From a virus (lineage: Duplodnaviria > Caudoviricetes): a stretch of DNA of 31,604 nucleotides. This document shows positions 25,105-31,604 of the stretch, in pieces (positions within the stretch are counted from its first letter, which is position 1; every line of letters starts with the position of its first letter). The notes under the pieces are model-generated. The model saw only the letters and a program-made list of their open reading frames with translations. It had not been told where the DNA came from and searched no databases. Both the position numbers and the translations under genes were made by a program. Location of the stretch: positions 1-31,604 of IMG/VR virus record IMGVR_UViG_3300033067_001394, one strand, 5' to 3'.

Positions 25105-27079
25105 CGTGGTTCTCCAGAGCGCGCACGGCGTTGCGGCCGGCGAGCTGCGACAGCACCAGGGCGTGCTCGGTCACCTGGGCCAGCTCGGTCGGGTTCAGGT
25201 CGGTGGCCGCCTTGCTCAGCGCGGCGCGGATCTCGTCGTAGGACTTGGCCCCGTCGAGCGACGCCAGGACCGCCTGTACCGTGGGCGCCATCGCCTTGGC
25301 GGCGCGGTCCCGGGCGATGCTGCCCACGTCCTCGACGAAGGCGCCGGCCTCGACCGCGGGGGCCGGGGCGCGGACGGCCAGCGCGTGGACGTGGCGCGAG
25401 GTGGTCTCGGCGGCGTCCATTTGCTTGGTGAGCTTGTCGGCCCACGCGCGGCCGGGGTCGCCGCCCCACAGGGCCCAGGCGATGCGACCGGCCGACGGGT
25501 AGCCGTCCTCACCGGGTGACCAGCCCTCGCCGCTCTTGTCGGCCTCGTGGCGAGCGAAGTAGGACGCCATGCGCCGCGCCGTGTCCGGGCTGACGCTGCG
25601 CCCGTTGGACAGGTCGCGAGCGCGGGCCACGCCGACCTCGGTGCCACCGCGGCCGTATTCGTCGCGCCAGTCGAGCCCGCGCTGGGCCTCCTCGCGCACG
25701 CCGTCCGGGGGGCTGAAGTCAATGTGATCGAAGCGCCCGAGGGCGTGGCGCGAGACCGCGTCGGCCTGCGGGCCCACCGGGGCGGCGTCGTCGGCTGCCG
25801 GCGGTGGCGGGGGTGCCACCGGGGCAGGCGGGGCGCCGGGGGGCGCCACGGCCACGGGCGGCGGCTCCTCGCCGGGCTCGTGCAGGGGAAGGTTGTAGCT
25901 CGCCAGCAGCGCCCGGCGGTCGACCCACGGGGCGACCTGCGCCAGGTTCAGCAGGGCCGTGGACAGCGACACCAGCGTGTCGGCCTTGAGCTTGCCGTCA
26001 TCCGGCGGCTCCACGTCGAAGCGGAGCACCGGGGCAAGGTCCGGGTCGCCGTAGTTGAAGGCGGCCCACGCGCGCAGCACCTGGCGCCGGAACCCGGCCA
26101 CCAGCCCGCGCTCGTCGGCTTCGAGGTAGTCCTGCCGCACCTGCCCGTGGACCTTGGCCGCGGCGAACGAGCCGCCGCTGACCTCGGTGGTGAGGTTCTG
26201 ACCGAGCAGGGCGAGGGTGATGCGCTTGTCGGCGTCCTCGGTGGCGTTGCGAAAGGTCTCCCACCCGGTCGCCGTGGCCTCGACCAACTCGATGTCGTAC
26301 TTCTGGCCGTCGATGCCCGTCGGGCACGAGACGACCATGGCCGAGCCGGCGTCACGGATGTCTTGGAAGAATCCGATCTTGTCGTCTTCCGTGGTCTGCG
26401 ACGGGATCGTGGCCTTGCGGATCGGCAGGCCATAGATCTCATTGAACCGCATCCAGTCGCGGAATGCGTATTGCCTGCCGAGCCAGGGTATGGCGATGCT
26501 GCGCACGGCGCCCTGAATCCAGGCGCGGTACTCACCCTCGGGGGTCAGCAGCAGCCACTTGCCATCGCCGGGGGTCACCGCCACCGGCCCCTCGCTCGTG
26601 TTGAGCATGTACTGGCGGGTGGCCCAATTGAACCACAGAAACTGCGGGTGCCAGACCTTGAGCGAGAACGACCACGCGGAAGCGTCGCCGGTCCAGAGGA
26701 TCTCGGCCACGGCGAAGCCCATCATCACCTGCCAGCGCAGGAGCTGGATCATCGACTCGGTCAGGTCGGTCTCGGCCCACAGGGTCTCGAGGTCCTTGGC
26801 CGCGGTCTTGGCCTTGCGGCGGTCACCGCGCGGGCTCGGGGTGATCTCGCGCGGCAGGCCCAGCAGGCCCTTGCACCGGGTGTTGAGCGCGGTGGCGACG
26901 CGGTCATCGCGCTGCACCGACTCGCTCAACTGGGCGCTGAGGAGAAACTGCCCGAGGTCGTGGTTGTCCAGCGCCTGCTGGATCGAGACCGTGCCCCACG
27001 AGCCGGTCCAGGCCATGACCGGCATGTCCTTGCGGACCTGCGTGTCAGGCGAGCGGGGCAGCGTGGGCGGGGTGGTCAT
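25091..27079 (-). CDS. Portal protein (Mu gp29/DUF935) with an inserted extra domain
   Basis: GFAVAEILW, DWMRFNEIYGLP and ITLALLGQNLTT..GGSFAAAKVH..VR motifs; follows TerL. Confidence 0.93.
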   Translation of the reverse strand: MTTPPTLPRSPDTQVRKDMPVMAWTGSWGTVSIQQALDNHDLGQFLLSAQLSESVQRDDRVATALNTRCKGLLGLPREITPSPRGDRRKAKTAAKDLETLWAETDLTESMIQLLRWQVMMGFAVAEILWTGDASAWSFSLKVWHPQFLWFNWATRQYMLNTSEGPVAVTPGDGKWLLLTPEGEYRAWIQGAVRSIAIPWLGRQYAFRDWMRFNEIYGLPIRKATIPSQTTEDDKIGFFQDIRDAGSAMVVSCPTGIDGQKYDIELVEATATGWETFRNATEDADKRITLALLGQNLTTEVSGGSFAAAKVHGQVRQDYLEADERGLVAGFRRQVLRAWAAFNYGDPDLAPVLRFDVEPPDDGKLKADTLVSLSTALLNLAQVAPWVDRRALLASYNLPLHEPGEEPPPVAVAPPGAPPAPVAPPPPPAADDAAPVGPQADAVSRHALGRFDHIDFSPPDGVREEAQRGLDWRDEYGRGGTEVGVARARDLSNGRSVSPDTARRMASYFARHEADKSGEGWSPGEDGYPSAGRIAWALWGGDPGRAWADKLTKQMDAAETTSRHVHALAVRAPAPAVEAGAFVEDVGSIARDRAAKAMAPTVQAVLASLDGAKSYDEIRAALSKAATDLNPTELAQVTEHALVLSQLAGRNAVRALENHDEPR

Positions 27080-28512
27080 GTCGGGCGGCGGATCTGGTCG
27101 CGGAACTTGTCGAGGTCGGAGCGGGACAGGCTGGGCGCGGCCAGGGCGTCGTAGGCCGCCGCCATCGCGTCGATCTGGTCGTCGTGCCGGTCCTTCTGGC
27201 CCGTGAAGATGCGGACCTCGGACACGAATGCCGACGCCCAGGCGGGCGTGGACGGGGGCAGGAACACGCGGCCGTCGTTCCAGGCAGCGGCGACCGGCTG
27301 CGCCCGGATGAACTTGTCCGCGACGGCGGGCTTGGCTTCGATGCTGAGGCGGGCCTTGCCGTCGGCCGACAGGTTCATCAGGTCGACCACGCCGCGCTCG
27401 GTACCGCCCACGTAGGCAACCATCCGGGCCGTCGGGTACTGCTGCTGCAACGCCCGCAGCCGTTCGGCAAACACGGGCGCCGGGGCCTGCATCCGGTGCA
27501 GGTCAAGGATGTAGAACTTGCGACCGACCTCGGCCATGACCACCGCGACCGAGTAGTCGCTGGAGGTCTTCTCGGTGTAGGCGAGGTCGATACCGATGAC
27601 GACGCGGTAGCCAGGCGGCGGCGAGGCCAGATGCACGTCGCCGAAGACGCTGCCGCCCTTGGGGCGGGGGCGCTGGTCGTACAGGCTGGCCCAGTCGTAC
27701 GGGCCCACGTCGCGCTTGCGCTCTTCGAGGAAGTCGGCCGGCATGTACTCCGGCCACAGCGCCTCGCCGGGCTGCCGCGGGTCGCCGGGGTCGGTGCCAT
27801 CGGCGATGGCGCGCAGTTCGACGACCTCCCAGGACTTGCCGCTGTCCCCCTCGCGCAGCCACCCGATCAGGTCGTCCGGGTGCCAGCGGGTATGCACCAC
27901 CAGCACCGACGCCTGCGGGTGAACGCGGGTCATGGCGGTGGAAGTCCACCAGCCCTTGATCTCCTCGCGGATAACGGCGCTCTCGGCCTCGGCCCGGTTC
28001 TTGTGCGGGTCGTCGACCAAAAGCACGCCATCGACCGGATTGCCCGTGAGGGGTCCCCCGACACCCGTGGCAAGCAGCCCGCCGCCGGCCGTGGTCACCC
28101 ACTCGTTGACCTTGTTGGCGTCGTCGCGGAGCTTGACCCCGGCGGCCAGGGTGTAGTCGCGCGCCAGCCGGCTCTTGGTAAAGGCGAGCTGGGCGGCATA
28201 CGAGGCGTAGGCGTTGCGGAGGTGCGGCTTGCGCCGCAGCAACCACGCCAGCGCGTGCAGTAGCGTCTCGGTCTTGCCGTGCTGCGGCGGCACGCTCACC
28301 AGCGCCCGGACCCGCTCGCCTTGCGCGATGCGCTCGAACAGGTCGGTCAGCCTGGCGAGGTGCCGCGGGCTTGACCACCGCGGGGTGACCGCAGGGATAA
28401 AGTCTTGAAGGGGGCCAGCGAGGCGGCGGCGGCGCCGCAACTCTAGCTCAGCCTGCGCCTGGATCTTCGGCGTCGGTCGAATGACCCGCGGCGAGTGCGG
28501 CGAGTTGTTCAT
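27076..28512 (-). CDS. terL: Terminase large subunit (start uncertain)
   Basis: Walker A VPPQHGKT, Walker B LLVDDP, TRWHPDDL, nuclease IGIDLA and HDDQIDA. Confidence 0.95.
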   Translation of the reverse strand: MNNSPHSPRVIRPTPKIQAQAELELRRRRRLAGPLQDFIPAVTPRWSSPRHLARLTDLFERIAQGERVRALVSVPPQHGKTETLLHALAWLLRRKPHLRNAYASYAAQLAFTKSRLARDYTLAAGVKLRDDANKVNEWVTTAGGGLLATGVGGPLTGNPVDGVLLVDDPHKNRAEAESAVIREEIKGWWTSTAMTRVHPQASVLVVHTRWHPDDLIGWLREGDSGKSWEVVELRAIADGTDPGDPRQPGEALWPEYMPADFLEERKRDVGPYDWASLYDQRPRPKGGSVFGDVHLASPPPGYRVVIGIDLAYTEKTSSDYSVAVVMAEVGRKFYILDLHRMQAPAPVFAERLRALQQQYPTARMVAYVGGTERGVVDLMNLSADGKARLSIEAKPAVADKFIRAQPVAAAWNDGRVFLPPSTPAWASAFVSEVRIFTGQKDRHDDQIDAMAAAYDALAAPSLSRSDLDKFRDQIRRPT

Positions 28513-28915
28513 CCGTGAGCTTGGAGACATCGACGGTCTGGATCGGCCCACCGTTGGGCCCGCTGATCTCGGCCCGGCTCACCGTGCCCCACCGTTTCGG
28601 GTACTTGCGCTCCAGCCGCCACGCAGCCGCGCGCCAGTCCTCGGCCGCGGCCTTGCTGACGGCGAGCACGTCGCGCATCTCGGCCTGCGCCGTGGCCTCG
28701 TGGACCGCCTCGACGAACTCGGCGTAGATGGTGCCCGGGTACTTGTTGCCGCGCTTGAGCCAGCGGTACAGGGTCACCTTGTTGATGCCGGCCGCGGCGG
28801 CGGCGGTCTCGACGTAGGCGCCGGCCCGGATGGCGTTGACGATCTTGGCTTGCCGTTCCGGCGTTAGCCGTGTCTTGCGCCCGGGCTTACCCTTGGGCTT
28901 GTCGGCAGGGGGCAT
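28448..28915 (-). CDS. Terminase small subunit-like HTH protein
   Basis: GRKTRLTPE...AAAAAGINKVTLYRW, WRAAAWRLER and EISGPNGGPI motifs; directly upstream of TerL. Confidence 0.8.
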   Translation of the reverse strand: MPPADKPKGKPGRKTRLTPERQAKIVNAIRAGAYVETAAAAAGINKVTLYRWLKRGNKYPGTIYAEFVEAVHEATAQAEMRDVLAVSKAAAEDWRAAAWRLERKYPKRWGTVSRAEISGPNGGPIQTVDVSKLTDEQLAALAAGHSTDAEDPGAG

Positions 28916-29639
28916 CTTCGTCAGTCAGTTGGAGCGCCGGGATCGGAGTCGCACCGTCCCCTCCTGCTTGGGTGGCAGGCGTGCCGCTGTCTGCACATCC
29001 GGCGCGTAGGATCTTTTTCGGGTAGGGCTTGGACAGGGGCGTGATTCGGTCACGCATGTCGCTGTCCAAGGGCATCAGATACGTGTGCTTTCCTGGCATT
29101 TTTCTAGAAGGAAGATCACGCCACTTATGGGCGCCAGAAGGGTCTGACTTGCGTTTGCCTTGACCAAACGCCCCATAAGTAACCTCACGAGAATGTTTCC
29201 ACCGGCCCTCGTGGAGATATTGCGTGCTTTCGCCAGACCTGCCTACATAGGTCCAACTGCCACCCTGGTAAATGCCACCGTGATGACCTTCGCTTGGGTC
29301 AGCGTAACTCACAACAAGGCGAATGCCGGGTGCATTCTTGCGCAAGAAACGGAGCGCGATGGCGACCACTCTGGTTACCGGCGTCTGGTGCTCTCGCAAT
29401 GCAACGCGCACCAGTTCGCAGCACTCTGTTTGAGTCAGGCCATAGGGCGAACCGATATTCTGGTTTGCCCCGCGAGAGAAAAGAACGCAGCCGATGTATT
29501 TGCCATCTTCCCACGCTCCGATCTTGACGAGTGGCGGCATGGGCAGGCGCTTGGAGTAGTGCCAGTTTTCCACGGCGTACTTGGCCGCCTCATGGGTGCA
29601 CCAGTCCACCTTGAGCGTGGGCTTACTTGCGGAACTCAT
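28887..29639 (-). CDS. Mom-like (GNAT-fold) DNA adenine modification protein
   Basis: HYS, ELVRVAL, LVVSYADPSEGHHGGIYQG.SW.Y.G, K..Y and YPK motifs characteristic of the Mom family; start MSSASK at 29639. Confidence 0.85.
   Translation of the reverse strand: MSSASKPTLKVDWCTHEAAKYAVENWHYSKRLPMPPLVKIGAWEDGKYIGCVLFSRGANQNIGSPYGLTQTECCELVRVALREHQTPVTRVVAIALRFLRKNAPGIRLVVSYADPSEGHHGGIYQGGSWTYVGRSGESTQYLHEGRWKHSREVTYGAFGQGKRKSDPSGAHKWRDLPSRKMPGKHTYLMPLDSDMRDRITPLSKPYPKKILRAGCADSGTPATQAGGDGATPIPALQLTDEDAPCRQAQG
28930..29005 (-). tRNA. Non-canonical tRNA-Gly(CCC)-like element, 76 nt, with encoded CCA
   Basis: GCGCCGG AT GTGC AGACAGCG GCAC G CCTGC CACCCAA GCAGG AGGG GACGG TGCGACT CCGATC CCGGCGC T CCA. 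Perfect 7-bp acceptor, 4-bp D and 5-bp anticodon stems; the T stem has a one-base bulge. Confidence 0.78.
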
Positions 29640-30165
29640 GGCCACAGTTGGGGCAGGAGATGGGCTTGATGGAATCAAGGTCTCCTTGGTCGTCCTCTGT
29701 CCCAGGCAGGAAGTCAGGAATGCTCGCGGCCATCTTGTCCAGTTCGGCTGAGTCCCACCCGGCCAGGGCGGCGTCGTCCAGCCCGTACTCGGACAGGATG
29801 CGCGCGACCTCGCCCGTGTCCCACTCTGCCTTCTCGTTGAGCTTGTTGTCAGCGAGTGCGAGCAGGTGCGCGTCGGCCGGGTCCAGGTCCAGGTAGCGCA
29901 CGGGTACCCGGGTCAGCCCCAGGGACTCAGCAGCCAGGATGCGGGTGTGGCCGGCGATGATCTCCCCGTCTGCCCGCCGGGCCAGGATGGGGGCGCCGAA
30001 GCCAAACCGCTTCATGCTGGCCGCTACCGGGGCGACGGCTGCCTGGTTCTTGCGCGGGTTGCGGTCCCACGGCTTCAGGCTCTTGATCTCCACCCACACC
30101 GCGGCCGGCTCCGGGTGGGCCGTGTCCTGCGGTGCAATCGGTGCGCTTACGTTGCTTTTTGCCAT
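29623..30165 (-). CDS. ParB/Srx N-terminal domain protein
   Basis: LKPWDRNPRKN, SMKRFGFGAPI, IIAGHTR and LADNKLNE motifs; C-terminal CPNCGHEF. Confidence 0.9.
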   Translation of the reverse strand: MAKSNVSAPIAPQDTAHPEPAAVWVEIKSLKPWDRNPRKNQAAVAPVAASMKRFGFGAPILARRADGEIIAGHTRILAAESLGLTRVPVRYLDLDPADAHLLALADNKLNEKAEWDTGEVARILSEYGLDDAALAGWDSAELDKMAASIPDFLPGTEDDQGDLDSIKPISCPNCGHEFRK

Positions 30166-30284
30166 GGATGACCACGGCGGCGGATCGCGCGTACACGTCC
30201 CGCCACCCTTCCTGCGGTGGCATGACGGGGGTGTGCGCGCGGCGGCGCCGACCCCCACAGCCCCTAAAGAAGAAAAGCGGACCT

Positions 30285-30313
30285 GTGGCAGTCCGTGGCA
30301 GTCCGTGGCAGTT
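30285..30313. repeat. Tandem 10-bp direct repeat GTGGCAGTCC, about 3 copies
   Basis: gtggcagtcc gtggcagtcc gtggcagtt, intergenic, upstream of the late operon. Confidence 0.85.
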
Positions 30314-30536
30314 ATTCGCCCAGCCGGTTGACCTGCAACGCCAGGACAATCGAGGCCCACCGCTCCGGGTTCTGCGCCTGCACCGTGGCCAGGTAGATCA
30401 CACGGCGCCCCCCTTCCCTGCCGGTCTGGAGCGTCCCCCGGTCGGCCTGCCGGCGTACGGTCCCGATGGGCGTGCCGGTCATGTCGGCGTACTCGCGCAG
30501 GGTGTACCAGGGCTTGATGTGAAACCCCCGGGTCAT
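30312..30536 (-). CDS. Small Xis/MerR-like winged-HTH DNA-binding protein
   Basis: ATGA-coupled start at 30536; YTLREYADMTGTPIGTVRRQADRGTL...GGRRVI. Confidence 0.75.
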   Translation of the reverse strand: MTRGFHIKPWYTLREYADMTGTPIGTVRRQADRGTLQTGREGGRRVIYLATVQAQNPERWASIVLALQVNRLGE

Positions 30537-31105
30537 GGCCGCAGGGTCGCCCCCTCGACCTTGGCCCGGCGGGCGGTGGCTGCCGCGCGGGCCTCGTCCC
30601 GGTAGGCGGCCGAGGCCCCGACCAGCGCGATCCTCGCCTCTTGCCGCAGGTTGGCCAGCCCCGCCACGGCGGCAGCCTGGTCGTCGGCGTGGCCGCTGGC
30701 CTTCTGCTTGCGCAGCCACTCCCGCAGGGTGTCCCGGGCGACGTGGTGGCGCTGGGCGGTCAGCAGCACCAGGGACACGGACAGGGTGCCGGCGCGCAGG
30801 GGCGCCCACTCCGCGGCCCCTGCGGCGGGCTGGCCGGGGCCGAGGGCGGCGCGCAGGGTGACGCGGTGGCGGGGTTCCAGGGCGTCCAGGATGCGCGTGA
30901 TGCGCTTGGCGCGGGTGGCGGCGTGGTAGGCGACCTCGGACAGGTCCGGGGTGCCAGACTGCACGGCTGAGGCCCGGCCTTCGGAGAGGCGGTCGAGCAT
31001 CGGGCCGAGGGACGACCGGAGGCCCATGAGCCCCTCGGCGTCGTTGTAGAGCCAGATCAGGTCGGCCTCGTCCAGCGGGTCCAGGCGGGTATCGGCGATC
31101 AGCAT
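30533..31105 (-). CDS. Hypothetical helical protein (possible late regulator)
   Basis: 190 aa, coupled to the HTH gene; CATGAT lies 6 nt before its ATG. Confidence 0.65.
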   Translation of the reverse strand: MLIADTRLDPLDEADLIWLYNDAEGLMGLRSSLGPMLDRLSEGRASAVQSGTPDLSEVAYHAATRAKRITRILDALEPRHRVTLRAALGPGQPAAGAAEWAPLRAGTLSVSLVLLTAQRHHVARDTLREWLRKQKASGHADDQAAAVAGLANLRQEARIALVGASAAYRDEARAAATARRAKVEGATLRP

Positions 31106-31135
31106 GACGGAATCATGCGCCCGTGCGGAGAGGGG

Positions 31136-31372
31136 TCAGCCTGCCGGCGCGTCCAGGGCAGCCTGCACCGCGCGGGCCGAGGCGGCGTGGGGCAACTCGG
31201 GCCAGTGGTCCGGGTGGCCGGCGTGCAGGTCGCAGGCGGGCGAGCCGGGCGGGTGGGGGTCGTCCACGTCCAGCCGCCGGGTGGCCAGGGCGCCACAGCG
31301 GCACCGGGGCAGGGCGGCGAGCAAGGCGCGGCCGTGGAAGTGCAGCAGGGCCAGGCGGGCGGTATCGGTCAT
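31136..31372 (-). CDS. Small Cys/His hypothetical protein
   Basis: MTDTARL...CRCG...CDLH; ATGA overlap at 31369-31372. Confidence 0.5.
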   Translation of the reverse strand: MTDTARLALLHFHGRALLAALPRCRCGALATRRLDVDDPHPPGSPACDLHAGHPDHWPELPHAASARAVQAALDAPAG

Positions 31373-31563
31373 GTCCCCGACCCTACCCCGCCCCGCCGAG
31401 GGGTCGCCCACCCGCTCCTGACCACCCCGCGCAGGCCCCCGGTCTCGTACGTCCGCGCCAGGTACCACAAGCGCACCGACGCGGCCTCGCACCGGGCGCT
31501 GTGCTCGCCCAGCCACACCGCCACAGCGCGCAGGGCGCGGCCTACCCGGGGCCTCACGCCCAC
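31369..31563 (-). CDS. Small hypothetical protein
   Basis: Its stop overlaps the next start; otherwise weak support. Confidence 0.35.
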   Translation of the reverse strand: MGVRPRVGRALRAVAVWLGEHSARCEAASVRLWYLARTYETGGLRGVVRSGWATPRRGGVGSGT

Positions 31564-31604
31564 CCCCGGAGGTCGCAGCGGTCGGCCTGACGGCGGCGCT
31601 TGTG

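Larger units (their letters stand above)
1..31604 (-). mobile_element. Tailed phage/prophage late region (Mu-like head, contractile tail); ends not in window
   Basis: Co-oriented, tightly coupled genes (many ATGA/TGATG/GTGA overlaps) in the canonical order terminase-portal-MuF-protease-capsid-neck-sheath-tube-chaperone-tape measure-baseplate-fibres. Confidence 0.95.

Noticed and set aside
28930-29005. tRNA-like element as a prophage attachment site or ordinary translational tRNA
   Set aside because: It lies mid-operon with no integrase or host boundary, is full length with intact stems, and lacks U8, U33, G18G19 and TTC.
29160-29669. 169-aa ORF antisense to the Mom-like gene
   Set aside because: No motif or convincing start; a shadow frame.
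30285-30313. Repeat as a CRISPR array
   Set aside because: 10-bp units with no spacers and no cas genes.
1-31604. Calling this a transposable Mu phage or a contractile injection system
   Set aside because: No transposase is visible in the window, and a full head/terminase module argues against a tailocin or eCIS.

Overview
The whole window is the late (virion) region of a GC-rich tailed phage or prophage, transcribed on the minus strand from right to left. The order is: small regulators, ParB-like, Mom-like DNA-modifying GNAT, TerS/TerL, a Mu-like head module (portal, MuF, protease/scaffold, capsid, gp36, gpG), contractile tail, baseplate and fibres, then the start of a probable lysis/membrane cassette. 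A Cys/Gly-rich lipoprotein hints at a myxobacterial host (inference). Three plus-strand inserts interrupt the operon: a lipoprotein/HEPN moron (7.4-9.8 kb), a free-standing HNH gene, and a nuclease gene hidden inside an intein. Two observations stand out. (1) A 76-nt, CCA-ended tRNA-Gly(CCC)-like cloverleaf lies inside the 3' end of the Mom-like gene. It keeps glycine identity elements but lacks ribosomal tRNA features, so it may be a dedicated glycyl donor for DNA hypermodification. (2) A 333-aa intein in MuF carries its putative homing endonuclease (HTH-HTH + DUF559/Vsr-like) on the opposite strand. All family calls come from motif recognition and gene order by eye; no database search was run.
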